From the human T2T-CHM13v2.0 reference genome, Homo sapiens: a stretch of DNA of 64,000 bases. The position numbers and the translations under genes are program-made. The stretch lies in assembly GCF_009914755.1 (NCBI RefSeq), contig NC_060932.1; one strand, 5' to 3'. The notes under the pieces were generated by a model. It ran no database searches. It was not told where the DNA came from and was given only the letters and a program-made list of their open reading frames with translations. Below, piece after piece: positions 1-11,809 of the stretch (position 1 is its first letter; every line of letters starts with the position of its first letter).

Positions 1-854
1 CTGCTGGGAAGTGACAGCAGGGAGGGAAGGAGGCTTTTGGTTCCCACCTTGCCTTCTTAATTGAGGGCACCCCCAGGGCTGCTCACACCCCTTTATGTCT
101 GATCTATGCTTGTACATATAGCCTGGAGGAACATCATTGTAGGAGCACTGCCCTTCCAATGGCACAGAAAGCAAGGCCATGCTGTGCGTGTTTGAGGCAA
201 GGTGCTGCTAGCACCAGGGGAACAGAAGTCCCCTGGAAACATCCACACCAGTGGCAGCCATCGTCAAAGGTGAGGAAGAGAATGACAGTCACAGTGACAG
301 TGACAGTCATGTCTGCTTCCATATTATGATGTGATTTGCAATGAAACGTGTGTGCCCAGTAGTATTGAACATGCTTGTGTTCCTGGAAAGGCAAGCTGGT
401 TCTCAGTTCTGTTGCCAATGTGCGTGGATGTGGGTGAGGTGATGTGGGATGTGGGTAGGGTAGCGCATGCTCTCTAGAAGGTAGCAAATCTACCTTACCT
501 TTCATAAGGAAGTCATCAGATCCTGAATGTTTATGACTGGGGAAACTGAGGGAATGCAATAAACTTTCCTGGCACTATGTTCTTGGCACTTACCTGAGGA
601 CAACCCTGCTCCCATTTGGCCTGGATTTGGGGTCCCTTCCTCCTCCATGGTCCATTTAGGCCATGTTGTGTGTCAGTACGACCTACACGTGAACTCCAGA
701 GGAAAGGCCTGCCCGGGATGTTGCTGCTGTTCTGATACAGAAACAATTGGATGCCCTTAAACGCACATGCCTTCCCATGTAATGTCTTGGCAAAGTGGAA
801 ATGAGCACTCAGAATTGCCGCTGGCAGGAGTGCTGCTGGGTTCGCGTTTCTTTA

Positions 855-1563
<709 letters not shown>

Positions 1564-1682
1564 TCAAAACAGAAATGATACCCTAACATATTGGGGTCTT
1601 CATTGACCGTAACCACAAAATGGGTTATTAGCATGATGTGGCTGCTTACAAAAGTGGAGTAGCAGAATTCTAAGATGATCTC

Positions 1683-2085
1683 TGTGATGGTGACTTTCAT
1701 GTGTCCGCTCAGCTAGGCAATAGTACCCAGTCATTTAATTGAAACCTAATCCAGGTGCACTGGGCAGGTATTTTGCAGATGCGGTTGACTTTAAGGAATA
1801 CAGATTAGCCTCGGTAATGAGGGTGGGCCTCATCGAATTCATTGTAGGCTGTAAGAGCAAACACTGAGGTTTCCCAGAAAGAAAGAAATTCTGCCTCAAG
1901 ACTGCAGCATCAACTTCTGCCTGAGTTCCTAGCCTGCTACCAGGCCCTGTAGACTTCAGATTTGCCAGGCCCACAGTCCTGTGAGCCAATTCCTTAAATA
2001 AATCTCTCAACATCTATATATCTATACATAGAAAAATAGAGTATATGTCTCAATAGATATATCTAAATCTATGTCTCTCTATGTA
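1683..2085 (+). mobile_element. ERVL LTR, MLT2D-like
   Basis: Begins TGTGATGG..ATGTGTC..CTAGGC.ATAGTACCCAG. Contains GAAATTCTGCCTCAAGACTGCAGC and GTGAGCCAATTCCTTAAATAAATCTCTC followed by a TATA/TCTA-rich tail, as in recalled MLT2 consensus. Confidence 0.85.
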
Positions 2086-2160
2086 ATCCACACTCATTAC
2101 TTCAAATCACTTCCCCTGAATATTTATTTCCAGCCCAGACATCTATCTGATGCTCTCAAT

Positions 2161-2378
2161 CAGGGGTCAGCACGCTGTGGCTCTCTAGCCAAATTCAGCC
2201 TGTCATTACCTTGGTAAATCAGTTTTACTGGAATACAGCCACATCCAATGATTTACACATCATCTATGACTGCTTTCCAGCTGCAACAGTGGAGGTGAGT
2301 AGTTGTAGCAAGGATTGTACAACCCGCAAGACAAAAAACATCCTCTCCTTGGCCATTTTCAGAGTTTGCTGACTTCTG
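2161..2378 (+). mobile_element. hAT-Charlie MITE MER58A
   Basis: TIRs CAGGGGTCAGCA...TGCTGACTTCTG, internal AGTTTTACTGGAATACAGCCAC and GAGTAGTTG, length about 220 bp. Confidence 0.88.
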
Positions 2379-2752
2379 CTCTAGACCCAAATATGCAACT
2401 TCTCTGTGCAATTTACATGGCCTTCCCATGAGACCACAGACCTTCTTCTGTATAAGACCAACTACCTTCTTTTTCTTTCTGTGTCTCAGGGACAGCATCT
2501 CCCTCCACCATTTGTCCAAACCTGAAGCCCTAGAGTTGTCTTTGACTTTCTCTGCATCTCCCCACAACCCAACACCCAATACTACATCCAGTCCAACAAA
2601 TCCAGTCTCCTGAGTAGCCCTTGGATATCTTCCCCAGCACCCTGGCACTCTCCCTGGGTCCTCTCTAGCTGCCTGTGACAGCCTTCACAATATCTTCTGG
2701 CTCCTTCTCCAGCCTGGTCCCCTCTCGTACTGCCATCAGAGGCTCTTCCTGG

Positions 2753-2793
2753 AAACAAAACAAAACAAAACAAAACAAAACAAAACAAAACAA
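2753..2793. repeat. (AAAAC)n microsatellite
   Basis: Directly visible pentanucleotide run. Confidence 0.95.
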
Positions 2794-3554
2794 CCAAGAG
2801 GATCTTCTTGTCTCATTACAAGATACTTCGATGAGACACAGTTTAGAAGTCTAGCTTCTCATTGTTCTCTCCGAGGCCATCCCTGCCTGGTCTCTCCTCC
2901 TTCCTAGGGATTCCCCCCAACCCTGTCCAGCACAGCCCTGTGTTCCAGCTTTGGTCATTGTCTCTTCATTTCCAGGATCTGCCATGTTCCTGCTGAACTC
3001 TGAGATTTGCACATCCTACTTCCTCCCTCTGTTCTGCTCTCAGCTCTCACTTTGTGGGGAGACTCCAAGGGAACCTCAGTCCCTCTGGGGACATTGCTTT
3101 CTTTCTCTGGGGAACTTCCCATGTTCCTCTAGACTTGGCTCCTGCCTTGGGCTTTTCTTGTCAAAGATTTTATACCCCACGTTGTAACTTCCAGTTCTCT
3201 GCCTGTGTCCTCCAATAGTCCACCATCTCCACCAGGGCGGGGTTCATCTGTTTGCTTGCTGTGGTACCCACAGGCATTTTTTGAGTAAACGAAAGGGTGA
3301 ACGGATGGGGGTTGGTCCAGCCCAGCTTCTCAGAGGCAGAGGGAAGGACCATTTCCATGTCACCAAAGCACAGAGGAGCTCAGTCGTTCTCCACGGGACA
3401 AGGTGACAGGACGATAGGGAAATAGACAGAGATGTGGCTTCTGTGCCTGGGGAGAGGCCCAGTAAGATGCGGGAACTCCCTCTTCCTCCTCCTCCCACTC
3501 TGGAATCTTCAGGAGCAGAGGCTCCTCTTTCTGGTCATATTGATAATCTCTTTG

Positions 3555-3775
3555 GTCTCCTCCCCTCCTCTTCCCTCCCCTTCATCTTCTCTTCTTCCCC
3601 ACTTCTCATTTCCCCTTCTTTCTCTCCACTCCACCTCTCCCTTCTCCCTGTCCTCCTCTGCTTTTCCCATTTCCCATTCCCTTCCCTTTGTTTTTCACCT
3701 CTCTTCTTATTTCTTGCCTTCTTCCCCTCTTCCTTTCCCTAGTCTAGTCTCCCTTTCCTCTTCTACCTCTCCCAC
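3555..3775. repeat. CT-rich low-complexity polypyrimidine tract
   Basis: About 220 bp almost entirely C/T. It explains the Ser/Pro/Leu/Phe ORFs 3432..3791 and 3434..3742. Confidence 0.9.
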
Positions 3776-4302
3776 AGGTGGGCAGTGCTGAAACATGTCA
3801 CCCCACTACTATGTAACCTTTAGCAGTTTTGTCTGCTTTGAACAATTTTAATCCAAGTTAATAACCTTGTATTACGTTTATGTTGAACCCTTCCATATAC
3901 AGGCGTGTGCTGACCCATTGACATGCTGACCTGTGTTGCCTAATCACATTCACAGTATTCCTTTGAAGTGGATATTATTATTTATAGATGAGCAAATTGC
4001 ATCACTTGTGATTCAGTAGGTGCAAGACACTGTAGAGAATGGAAAAAAATGATTTAATACATGGTCTACTGCTCTTAAAGGACACATAGCCCAACAGAGG
4101 GCTACAAAAGCCCCCCACAGTCTAAGGCAGATTCTAAGAAGGGGGGCATGCCTTAAGCATGTACCCTGCTGTGCCCCCCCCCCCGACCTTCTCTGCTGTT
4201 TGCTTTTTCCTCACTCACATCATGGATCTTGCAGCTTTGACTGCTAGATTCTCATCAGAAACCTCCAGCCCCAACTTCTACACGAGATACTTTTGGGAAT
4301 GC

Positions 4303-4610
4303 TTTTTTTTTTTTTTTTTTTTTTTTAATGAGATAGGGCCTCACTCTGTTGCTCAGGCTGAAGTGCAGTGGTGCAATCTTGGCTTACTGCAACCTCTGCC
4401 CTGAGCTCAAGCGATCCTCTCTCCTCAGCATCCTAAGTAGCTGGGACCACAGATGTACATCCCCATGCCCAGCTAAGATTTTGTAGTTTTGGTAGACACA
4501 AGGGTTCACCATGTTACCCAGGCTACTCTCGAACTCCTGAGCTCAAGCAATCTGCCTACCTCGGCATCCCAAACTGTTGGGATTACAGGCGTGAGCCACC
4601 ACGCCCAGCT
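4303..4610 (-). mobile_element. Alu SINE (AluJ-like)
   Basis: Poly-T followed by reverse Alu with J-type GCTCAAGCGATCCT and GAGCTCAAGCAATC. Degenerate TSD TGGGAAT. Confidence 0.95.
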
Positions 4611-5686
4611 GGGAATTCATATAATTTTCTCTCCAGTTTTGTGGAGTTCTGTAAGACATTCTCATTCCTTTTCAGAATAGGGGGTATGATAGAATCAATA
4701 AATGAGTAAAACAGTCATTTAGGCACCCAGAGTGCAAGGCATGACGCTGACACTCTGGGCTGAGCTGGAGAGAAGTCCATGCCTGCTGCTTGCCGAAGTG
4801 TCAACCTGGTGGTCATTTCCCAGCTCCAAGCCCCATTTCTACAAGTTGCATGGCACTGCTTCTCAGCAGATTGGTCAGAGGATTAAAGACCTGGTCAAGC
4901 GCCTGGTGCTATCTGGCATTTGGTTGGTTTTCAGTTAACATTAGTGCCTCTTTAATAATTAGTCTGTTATGGGTTTTCCTTGAGCCTTCTGTTGGGCAAT
5001 TCCAGCTAATCAAAGGCACTGCTAAAGGTTAAGTTAATGAAACCATGATCATATTGTAGCTTTTTACCTGCTTGCCAACAAACACCTTATTGAAGACAAG
5101 CCAACTCTGGGCCATGCTGAGGTACAAAGCAGCCTTGGGTTTACCCAGTGGATTCCCTCGTGACATCAGATAGACTAAAGGAGCAATTAGCATTGGACAC
5201 CTCCGCACAACGCTGAGGATGGCTTTCAACAAGCCAGCAGCTGCTGCACTCCCATTAGTTAATGTCACCATTCCTGCATTTATTCTGAATGATAATTACA
5301 GTATGTACCAATGTGTATTTTTAACTGCTCCTCTTAAAAAAAAATGGAAAAACAGTCATTCTCTTTCTACAGAGGCTCAGCTGCAGCATTGTTGCCCCAG
5401 TAAAGGAAAAGAAAGAAAAAAAAAACAACCCGGAACAATCCTGCCCTAGCCAGTGGCCAAGTGAAACCCCAGGCTGTCTTTTCTGAAGGGAAAATAATGT
5501 AGCCGTGTGTTTGGAACCAGTCTTAGCAGTGTGCAGTGTGTATGTGTAGGGCATGGTGTTTGTGAGGCCACACACATTCCAAGAATAACTGCTCTAGGTT
5601 GTTTTCAGTGAATAGTGGTCTTCACACATATCTTCTTGGACCCCTGTTTTTCATTTTTTTTTAAAATTTTTGTAACGAGTGAGGGA

Positions 5687-6001
<315 letters not shown>

Positions 6002-6054
6002 TTACAAGCTATAAGGAAATGGCCATGAAATGGCAGCTAAAGTTTTGGTGACCT

Positions 6055-6720
6055 GTTTATTTTTATTTTTATGTTACCTGAAACTGTATCTTGTAGTATT
6101 TTTAGATTTATAGCAAAGTTGCAAACATACCCTTTACCTAGCTTACCCTGATGCTAACATTTTACGTAACCATGGTGCAACTATGACAACTAAGAAATTA
6201 ATACTGGTCTAGTACCCAGAGCTAACAGACTTCATTTTGTTGGTACCTATTATTTCACTGATGTCCTCTTCCTCAACGGGATCCAATTCAATGCAGAATT
6301 GCATATTGCATTTAGTTGTCATATGTATGTAGTCTCTTCTGATCCAAGGGCTTCTTAATCTTTTTCTTTGATTCTCTAAAGAATTTTGAAGACTATTAGT
6401 CAAGTAGTTTGTAGAATGTCCCCCTGTTTGAGCTTGTCTGATTAGATTGGGGTTATAGATTTTTGAGAAAAATATCATGGAGGTGAAGTGTTCTTCCGGT
6501 TGCGTGCTGAGGGGTATGTGATAGCAAGCAAGATAACTTATCACTGGTAGTGGTAACCTTGATCAATGTAGTGTCCACCTGGTTTCTATATTTTCACTTC
6601 TATACCTCTTTCTTTGGAAACAAGTTACTAAGTCTAGCCCAGAATCAAGAGGAAAGGAATTGAGCTCTGCCTCATGGATATGTATCTGATACATTATTTG
6701 GAATTCTTCTAAAGGAAGAT
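6055..6720 (-). mobile_element. Old L1 3' region (L1MC-like)
   Basis: Reverse-strand L1MC-type text, e.g. GCTAACATTTTACGTAACCATGGTGCAACT...AACTAAGAAATTAATACTGG and GCATATTGCATTTAGTTGTCAT. Confidence 0.75.
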
Positions 6721-6889
6721 TTGGGGAGCCTGGCCTTAAAGATGGATCTGTCAGTATGTGATTTTGGGCCCATAACTCAACCTCTCTTAGTCTAACTAAG
6801 ATTTTTCTTCTAAAAAAAGAGAAGTTGCACAAAGATGCATCCCATGGTGTGGCCAGCTTGAATGCCCAGTGCTTAACCTGTTGTTAGGG

Positions 6890-7080
6890 TGACAGATTCT
6901 GAAATTAGAAAGATGAAGCTTTAGGTTTCAGGTCTACCACTTGCACACATGCCTTTAGATAAGTTTCTTAAACTCTATAACATTCAGGTGCCTTGTCTAT
7001 AAAATGCAGTGAAACTGATACTGAGATATCACCTGTAAGGCATTTAGCACAGAACTTTGTGGGTAGGGACGCACAAGTTC
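6890..7080 (+). mobile_element. MIR SINE
   Basis: Degenerate core (AAGTTTCTTAAACTCT...GTCTATAAAATG) and tail TGTAAGGCATTTAGCACAG. Confidence 0.65.
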
Positions 7081-7582
7081 CAGCTGTTATTTTGATCGAA
7101 TAGCAGCTCAGTTATACACTAGTCAAAAGCAGTGTTTAATGGTATCCGATGACTGTATAGAATTATTTCTCTTCTTATGATATTGAGAAGTATTTTAGGA
7201 CTTTTTCCAGCCTTGCTGAAACGTGGTGTCTATAGTAGTAGCATCACAACACCAACCTTAGCTTAACTTCTGACTTTTACACAATTACAGTTTTGGCAAA
7301 GTCAAAAGAGCCCATCCTGAATGTCAGGTGGAAAACATGGCTTTGGGTCAGCCCAACCACTGAGCAGCAGAACATTTTCGTCTGTGCCTCAGTTTCTTCA
7401 TCTGTTAAATAAGCATGACTATTGTAGCTCCCAGCGCAGTGGTGTTAGCTGTAGCTTTACCACCTGGTGAAGATTCATTCCTGAGCTCAATAGCTGGCCC
7501 ACCCATCATAAACTGCTTAATGCAAAACACTAGATGGGCACACAGCCATTAACTCTCAGAAGGCAGTGTTGTGCTGAGCCCC

Positions 7583-7856
7583 TGTTAGCCTCAGTTGGAA
7601 AAGCACCAAGTTCAAGAGGCCAAAGAAAGCACCCAGAGCCAGCAAATGAGACAAGGGGTTTAATTAGGGGCTTACGTACAGGGAGACGGAGTCCAGTGGT
7701 GGTGGGCTGGGCAGGAGAACTACCTTGTGTACAGAAAACATCTAGTGGCAGTGGTGGGAAAAGATAACCTCACGGCCCAGTGGTAGTGAGCTCAGCAGGA
7801 AAACCACAACTACCCACAAATATTATGCAGTTTATATTTGATTTTCACTTAACATC
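7583..7856 (-). mobile_element. ERV LTR fragment (family uncertain, possibly LTR47-like)
   Basis: Starts TG; CCCAGAGCCAGCAAATGAGACAAGGGGTTT; three internal copies of a CAGTGG..GTG.G..CAGGA.AAC motif; ends abruptly at the THE1 insertion. Confidence 0.55.
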
Positions 7857-8210
7857 TGATATGGTTTGGGTCTGTTTCCCCACCCAAATCTCATTTTGAA
7901 TTGTACTCCCATAATTCCTATGTGTTGTGAGAGGGACCCAGTGGGAGATAATTGAATTATGGGGGCAGTTTCTCCTATATTGTTCTTGTGGTAGGGAATG
8001 AGTCTCATGAGAACTGATGGTTTGATAAGGGGAAACCGATTTCGCTTAGCTCTCATTCTCTCTCTTGCCACCACCATATAAGAAGTGCCTTTCGCCTTCC
8101 TCCATGATTGTGAGGCCTCTCTAGCCACGTGGAACTGTAAGTCCATTAAACCTCTTTCTTCTGTAAATTGCCCAGTCATGGGTATGTCTTTATCAGCAGT
8201 GTGAAAACAG
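7857..8210 (+). mobile_element. ERVL-MaLR THE1 LTR, 3' terminus missing
   Basis: TGATATGGTTTGG..CCCCACCCAAATCTCAT start, CATGATTGTGAGGCCTC, GGTATGTCTTTATCAGCAGTGTGAAAAC. The terminal ACTAATACA is absent. Confidence 0.93.
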
Positions 8211-8218
8211 CAGTGCGA

Positions 8219-8388
8219 AAGCAGCTGAGATTACAGGCACGCACCACCATGCCCAGCTAATTTTTGTATTTTTAGTGGAGATGGGGTTTCACCATGTTGG
8301 CCAGGCTGGTCTCAACCTCCTGACCTCAAGTGATCTGCCTGCCTCGGCCTCCCAAAGTGCTGGGATACAGGTGTGAGCCACCATGCCC
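8219..8388 (-). mobile_element. Alu fragment (left arm, linker and start of right arm only)
   Basis: AGCTGAGATTACAGGCACGCACCACCATGCCCAGCTAATTTTTG...GAGCCACCATGCCC. No poly-T and no distal right arm. Confidence 0.93.
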
Positions 8389-8449
8389 CTCTGAGGATTA
8401 CAATTTGACATGAGATTTGGTTGGGGACACAGATCCAAACCACATATCA
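8389..8449 (-). mobile_element. MST-type MaLR LTR 5' fragment
   Basis: GGATTACAATTTGACATGAGATTTGG..GGGGACACAGATCCAAACC..ATATCA is the reverse of the MST/THE1 LTR start. Confidence 0.8.
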
Positions 8450-9319
8450 ACCTGCATACCATGCTTGGGACTGTGAAAATACATGAGCATGTAGACAGAT
8501 TCTACAATGGAATGTGTAGAAGTGAAAGCATCCTTCTGTTAAGACAAATAAAATGTAATTTGGTAAAAGTTAAACAAACCTTTTATTTTAAGTTTCCAAA
8601 CAAATCTTCCAAGTTAGGAAAAACAGAAATAAATGTGATCCAAATTTCTCACTCTTTTGGAATAAATAGATGTATATTCGTTCTGTACACCTGCTCCACA
8701 TATTTTCCAAATTTCTCTCTTCCCATATATGCCCCTCAAAGCTCCTCCATAAAATTACTACAGTCAATAGAACTGTTTGTAAAAGACAAAGAGAAACAAT
8801 TTCAGGACTCTATACAAGAAGGGAAAGATAAAGCTTTTTTGCTTTTTTTCTTTTCATTCTTCAGCAGCTTGTTAGAGTCTCAGAGCCTGTGTTATTGAAA
8901 CCCCAGGGTGACGAGCATTAAGGTGAATCTATTGCCAAGCTTGAGCCCTTTAATGAGTGCATTGATCAGAAAAGAGAGGCAAGAAAGCAGAGTCCGGTGA
9001 CACCTGAATGAATGTAAATTTAGCCCCGATTGAAGTTCCTCCACAGTCGGCCTGCTCCACGCTGACAGTGTTATCGAGAGGAGAGAAAAGCAATTTTGGT
9101 CTTCAGTCTTGATTCTCTTCATGCTGTTGGCAGTTTTTAAGAAGAACAAGTTATGACTATTTTACTTCTAAAAAGCAGTGGGAACTTGTCAAAGATTTCC
9201 TCCCTGGAAGTGACAATTGAGAATGCGTCTACTTGGTGCTGATCTTGAATCTGTAATCAATCCGATGGACTGGAGAAAGAAGTACTTTCAAACCAGTCGA
9301 ATTGTTGGGAAATTGGTCA

Positions 9320-9500
9320 GGCTGCCTCAGCAGGAAGTGAGCATCCCGTCATGGGAAGAGTGCAAACAAGAGCAGGCTGGCTAATTGGCAGGATGTTTCA
9401 GAGGGGTTCACACATGAAAAGGAGGCCTGCAGAGAGGTGGAGGGCTTGATACTGAGTCACCTTGAAGATGGCGCCAATGTTAGCCTTCTATCATTCTAGA
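9320..9500 (+). mobile_element. L3/CR1 3' end remnant
   Basis: AAGTGAGCATCCCGTCATGGGAAGAGTGCAAAC..GGCTGG resembles the L3 3' UTR (GTGAGCTCCCCGTCACTGGAGG..TTCAAGCAGAGGCTGG). Confidence 0.55.
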
Positions 9501-9519
9501 CAACCAGCCAGCAAAATGA

Positions 9520-9760
9520 TAAGCATTACAGGTTTTTGGAACTAGACAGATGGATTTTTAGATTGTGGCTTCTCTCTTGTGTGACATTGGGCAACTTACT
9601 GTCCCAGTCTTTACATAAAGACTCTGTCTCTTTATAAGCCAAATGGGGATGGAAATATTACCTAACTCATAGGTCTGGAGAGTTTAAATTAGATAATGCC
9701 TGAATATAGACTGCTCATGTTAGTGCCTGGAGTATAACCTTTTCTCAGTGAACGTTCTTG
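9520..9760 (+). mobile_element. MIR SINE
   Basis: TGTGTGACATTGGGCAACTTACT core, then TACCTAACTCATAGG..TAAATTAGATAATGC. Confidence 0.7.
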
Positions 9761-11117
9761 TGATTAGGATTGCCCAGTGATTTGTCTTCAGATTCAACTT
9801 GGTATATTGAGCCCTTTTTGGATGCTTGACATTTTTGCCCCTGTTATCTTACATAAAATCCGCAACCACCTTGAGAGGTATGGCTGTTTAACTTCACTTT
9901 CCAGAAGAAGACACGGAGGTTCAGAGAGGCTCAGAGACACCTTCAAGGCCACACCGCTCACTCAAGTAACTGTTTGTTGTTTTCTGAGTTATCACACCTA
10001 AGGTGCCCAGCACAAGTTCTAGCACACAGTAGGAGCTTGATAAAGCGAGGGTCTCCAAGGACTCAACTCCACTCTGCTTGCACAACTCAGCCCCTTTCCA
10101 CCATCAGCCCCTCCCTTCTACCCTGCCCTGAGATGCTGTCCCTTGCTCATCTGCTTCCCCTGCATTTTCGAGCCCCTGACTCTCCTCTCTTCTCTCCCCT
10201 TCGTCTCCCTTCAGACTTTGGCACATCAGCGCCTTTTGATTTCTGTAGCCTCTTCAGAAGTATTTTTGACACAAACAATAGTCCCGGCTTTTGCTTTTCC
10301 AAGAGGCATCAGCACAATCGGAGCAGACACTGGTGACTCATTTTGATCATCGCCTTTAAGCAATTCACTCTGTGAGCCTGGACTTGACAGGCCTCACTGT
10401 GCCGTGAAATCTAATACTATTTTTATGCCTTTTAATCTATCTTTTAACAGCCTCCTTGTTTAGAACTCTGCGCCCTGGATTCACGGAAAGCACGTTTTTG
10501 AGAGTGGTGAGGACAAACTTGGCCCGTCTTAATCAAAGGCTCGGGGAGACCCAATCTGGGGTCCTTACTCAATCCTCAACTCTCCTAATGCCTTCCCCCA
10601 CTGCTTCCTTTTATAATGGCCTCAGCAGGAACCTTCCTGGCTGCTTGACAGAGCCTCTGGCTGGCTTCTTCTATCTTAATAACCGCTGAGCTCTCCAAAC
10701 TAGGATCTTGTCAAAATGTTTCTAAAGTGCCAGAGTTGTTCTATTGAGTCACTGTCATTGGAATGTCGTTATGGAAATACATGTTCTGGGTAAATGTCAG
10801 GGAAAGGGCTAGTCACTTCATTCTGAAAGCCTTCCTAGATAGCCCCAGGCCAAGTGACAGGCTTCTCTCCTGGGTTCTTTAAGAACTGAGTGCGTATCTT
10901 TGTGCTTATATTTTATTTAATGTGACAAGCATTCATGAGGGATTTACATGAAGCATTCTGTTATGTTTGTTTAAATGTCTTTCTTCTGGACTATACAGTG
11001 AGTTTCTTTGTCTTATTAGGAATTTAGGGTGGGGACGCAGCATGCTGATCCCAAAACTCACTTCTGCTCTCTGGAGATCCAGACCAAAAGAACTGTACGT
11101 ACAAGAATGAAAGCCAA

Positions 11118-11429
11118 GGCTGGGCGCGGTGACTCATGCCTGGAATCCTAGTACTTGGGAGGCCGAGGCAGGTAGATCACAGGGTCAGGAGTTCGAGACA
11201 AGCCTGACCAACATAGTAAAACCCTGTCTCTACTAAAAATGCAAAAAATTAGCTGGGCGTGGTGGCAGGCGCCTGTAATCCCAGCTACTCAGGAGGCTGA
11301 GGCAGGAGAATCACCTGAACCTGGGAGGCAGAGGTTGCAGTGAGCCAAGATCATGCCACTGCACTCCACCCCGGGCGACGGTGTGAGACTCTGTCTCAAA
11401 AACAAAAACAAAAACAAAAACAAAAAAAA
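11118..11429 (+). mobile_element. Alu SINE (AluSg-like)
   Basis: GGCTGGGCGCGGTGACTCA start, GATCACAGGGTCAGGAGTTCGAGAC, (AAAAAC)n tail. Confidence 0.97.
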
Positions 11430-11809
11430 GATAGATAGCCATATGGGAAGCAAACACATTTCATTCATAGAATCACTGGGAAAGCAATGTGTATTGTTTA
11501 CTGCTGAGATTTCTGGGAAAATGGAGCTGGAGAGTGAGATGGAGGGTTGGGTCCTATGGAGATTCTTTGACTTCCCCTGGTACCTAACCCTGGAGCCCAC
11601 GTGCTCTTGGCCAGGTCCCAAGAGGGATCTCGAGACCCTCAACACCACCATTGAAGTGGATGAAGGTCAAACAAGACCCCATGGGGCAAGCATGGGAGCA
11701 GGATATGAAAGAGAATGCGAGGCTCCAGGCCTGGACTTAAGGTTGTAGCCTTTCAGTTGGCATGTTTTTCTGAAAGCATTTAGAAGCTACCAACTGTTTA
11801 AATAATGGT

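Larger units (their letters stand above)
2090..3260 (+). mobile_element. L2 LINE remnants (interrupted by MER58A)
   Basis: L2-like text CCAGCCCAGAC...CTCT|CTAGACCCAAATAT continues across the MER58A. Further degenerate pyrimidine-rich L2 3' segments follow. Boundaries approximate. Confidence 0.6.

Noticed and set aside
134-559. 141-aa ORF (- strand) and a possible + strand exon 143-269 ending at AAG|GTGAGG
   Set aside because: No recognisable domain and a weak upstream acceptor; a lone good donor is common by chance.
3555-3783. Long pyrimidine tract ending CCCACAG|GTGGG as an acceptor or recursive splice site
   Set aside because: Low-complexity origin, competing AGs at about 3741-3747, and GTGGG is a poor match to the GTRAG of recursive sites.
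7680-7810. Three spaced ~28-bp repeats resembling a CRISPR-like array
   Set aside because: The copies are degenerate, unevenly spaced and internal to an LTR-like element in primate DNA; there are no cas-like ORFs.
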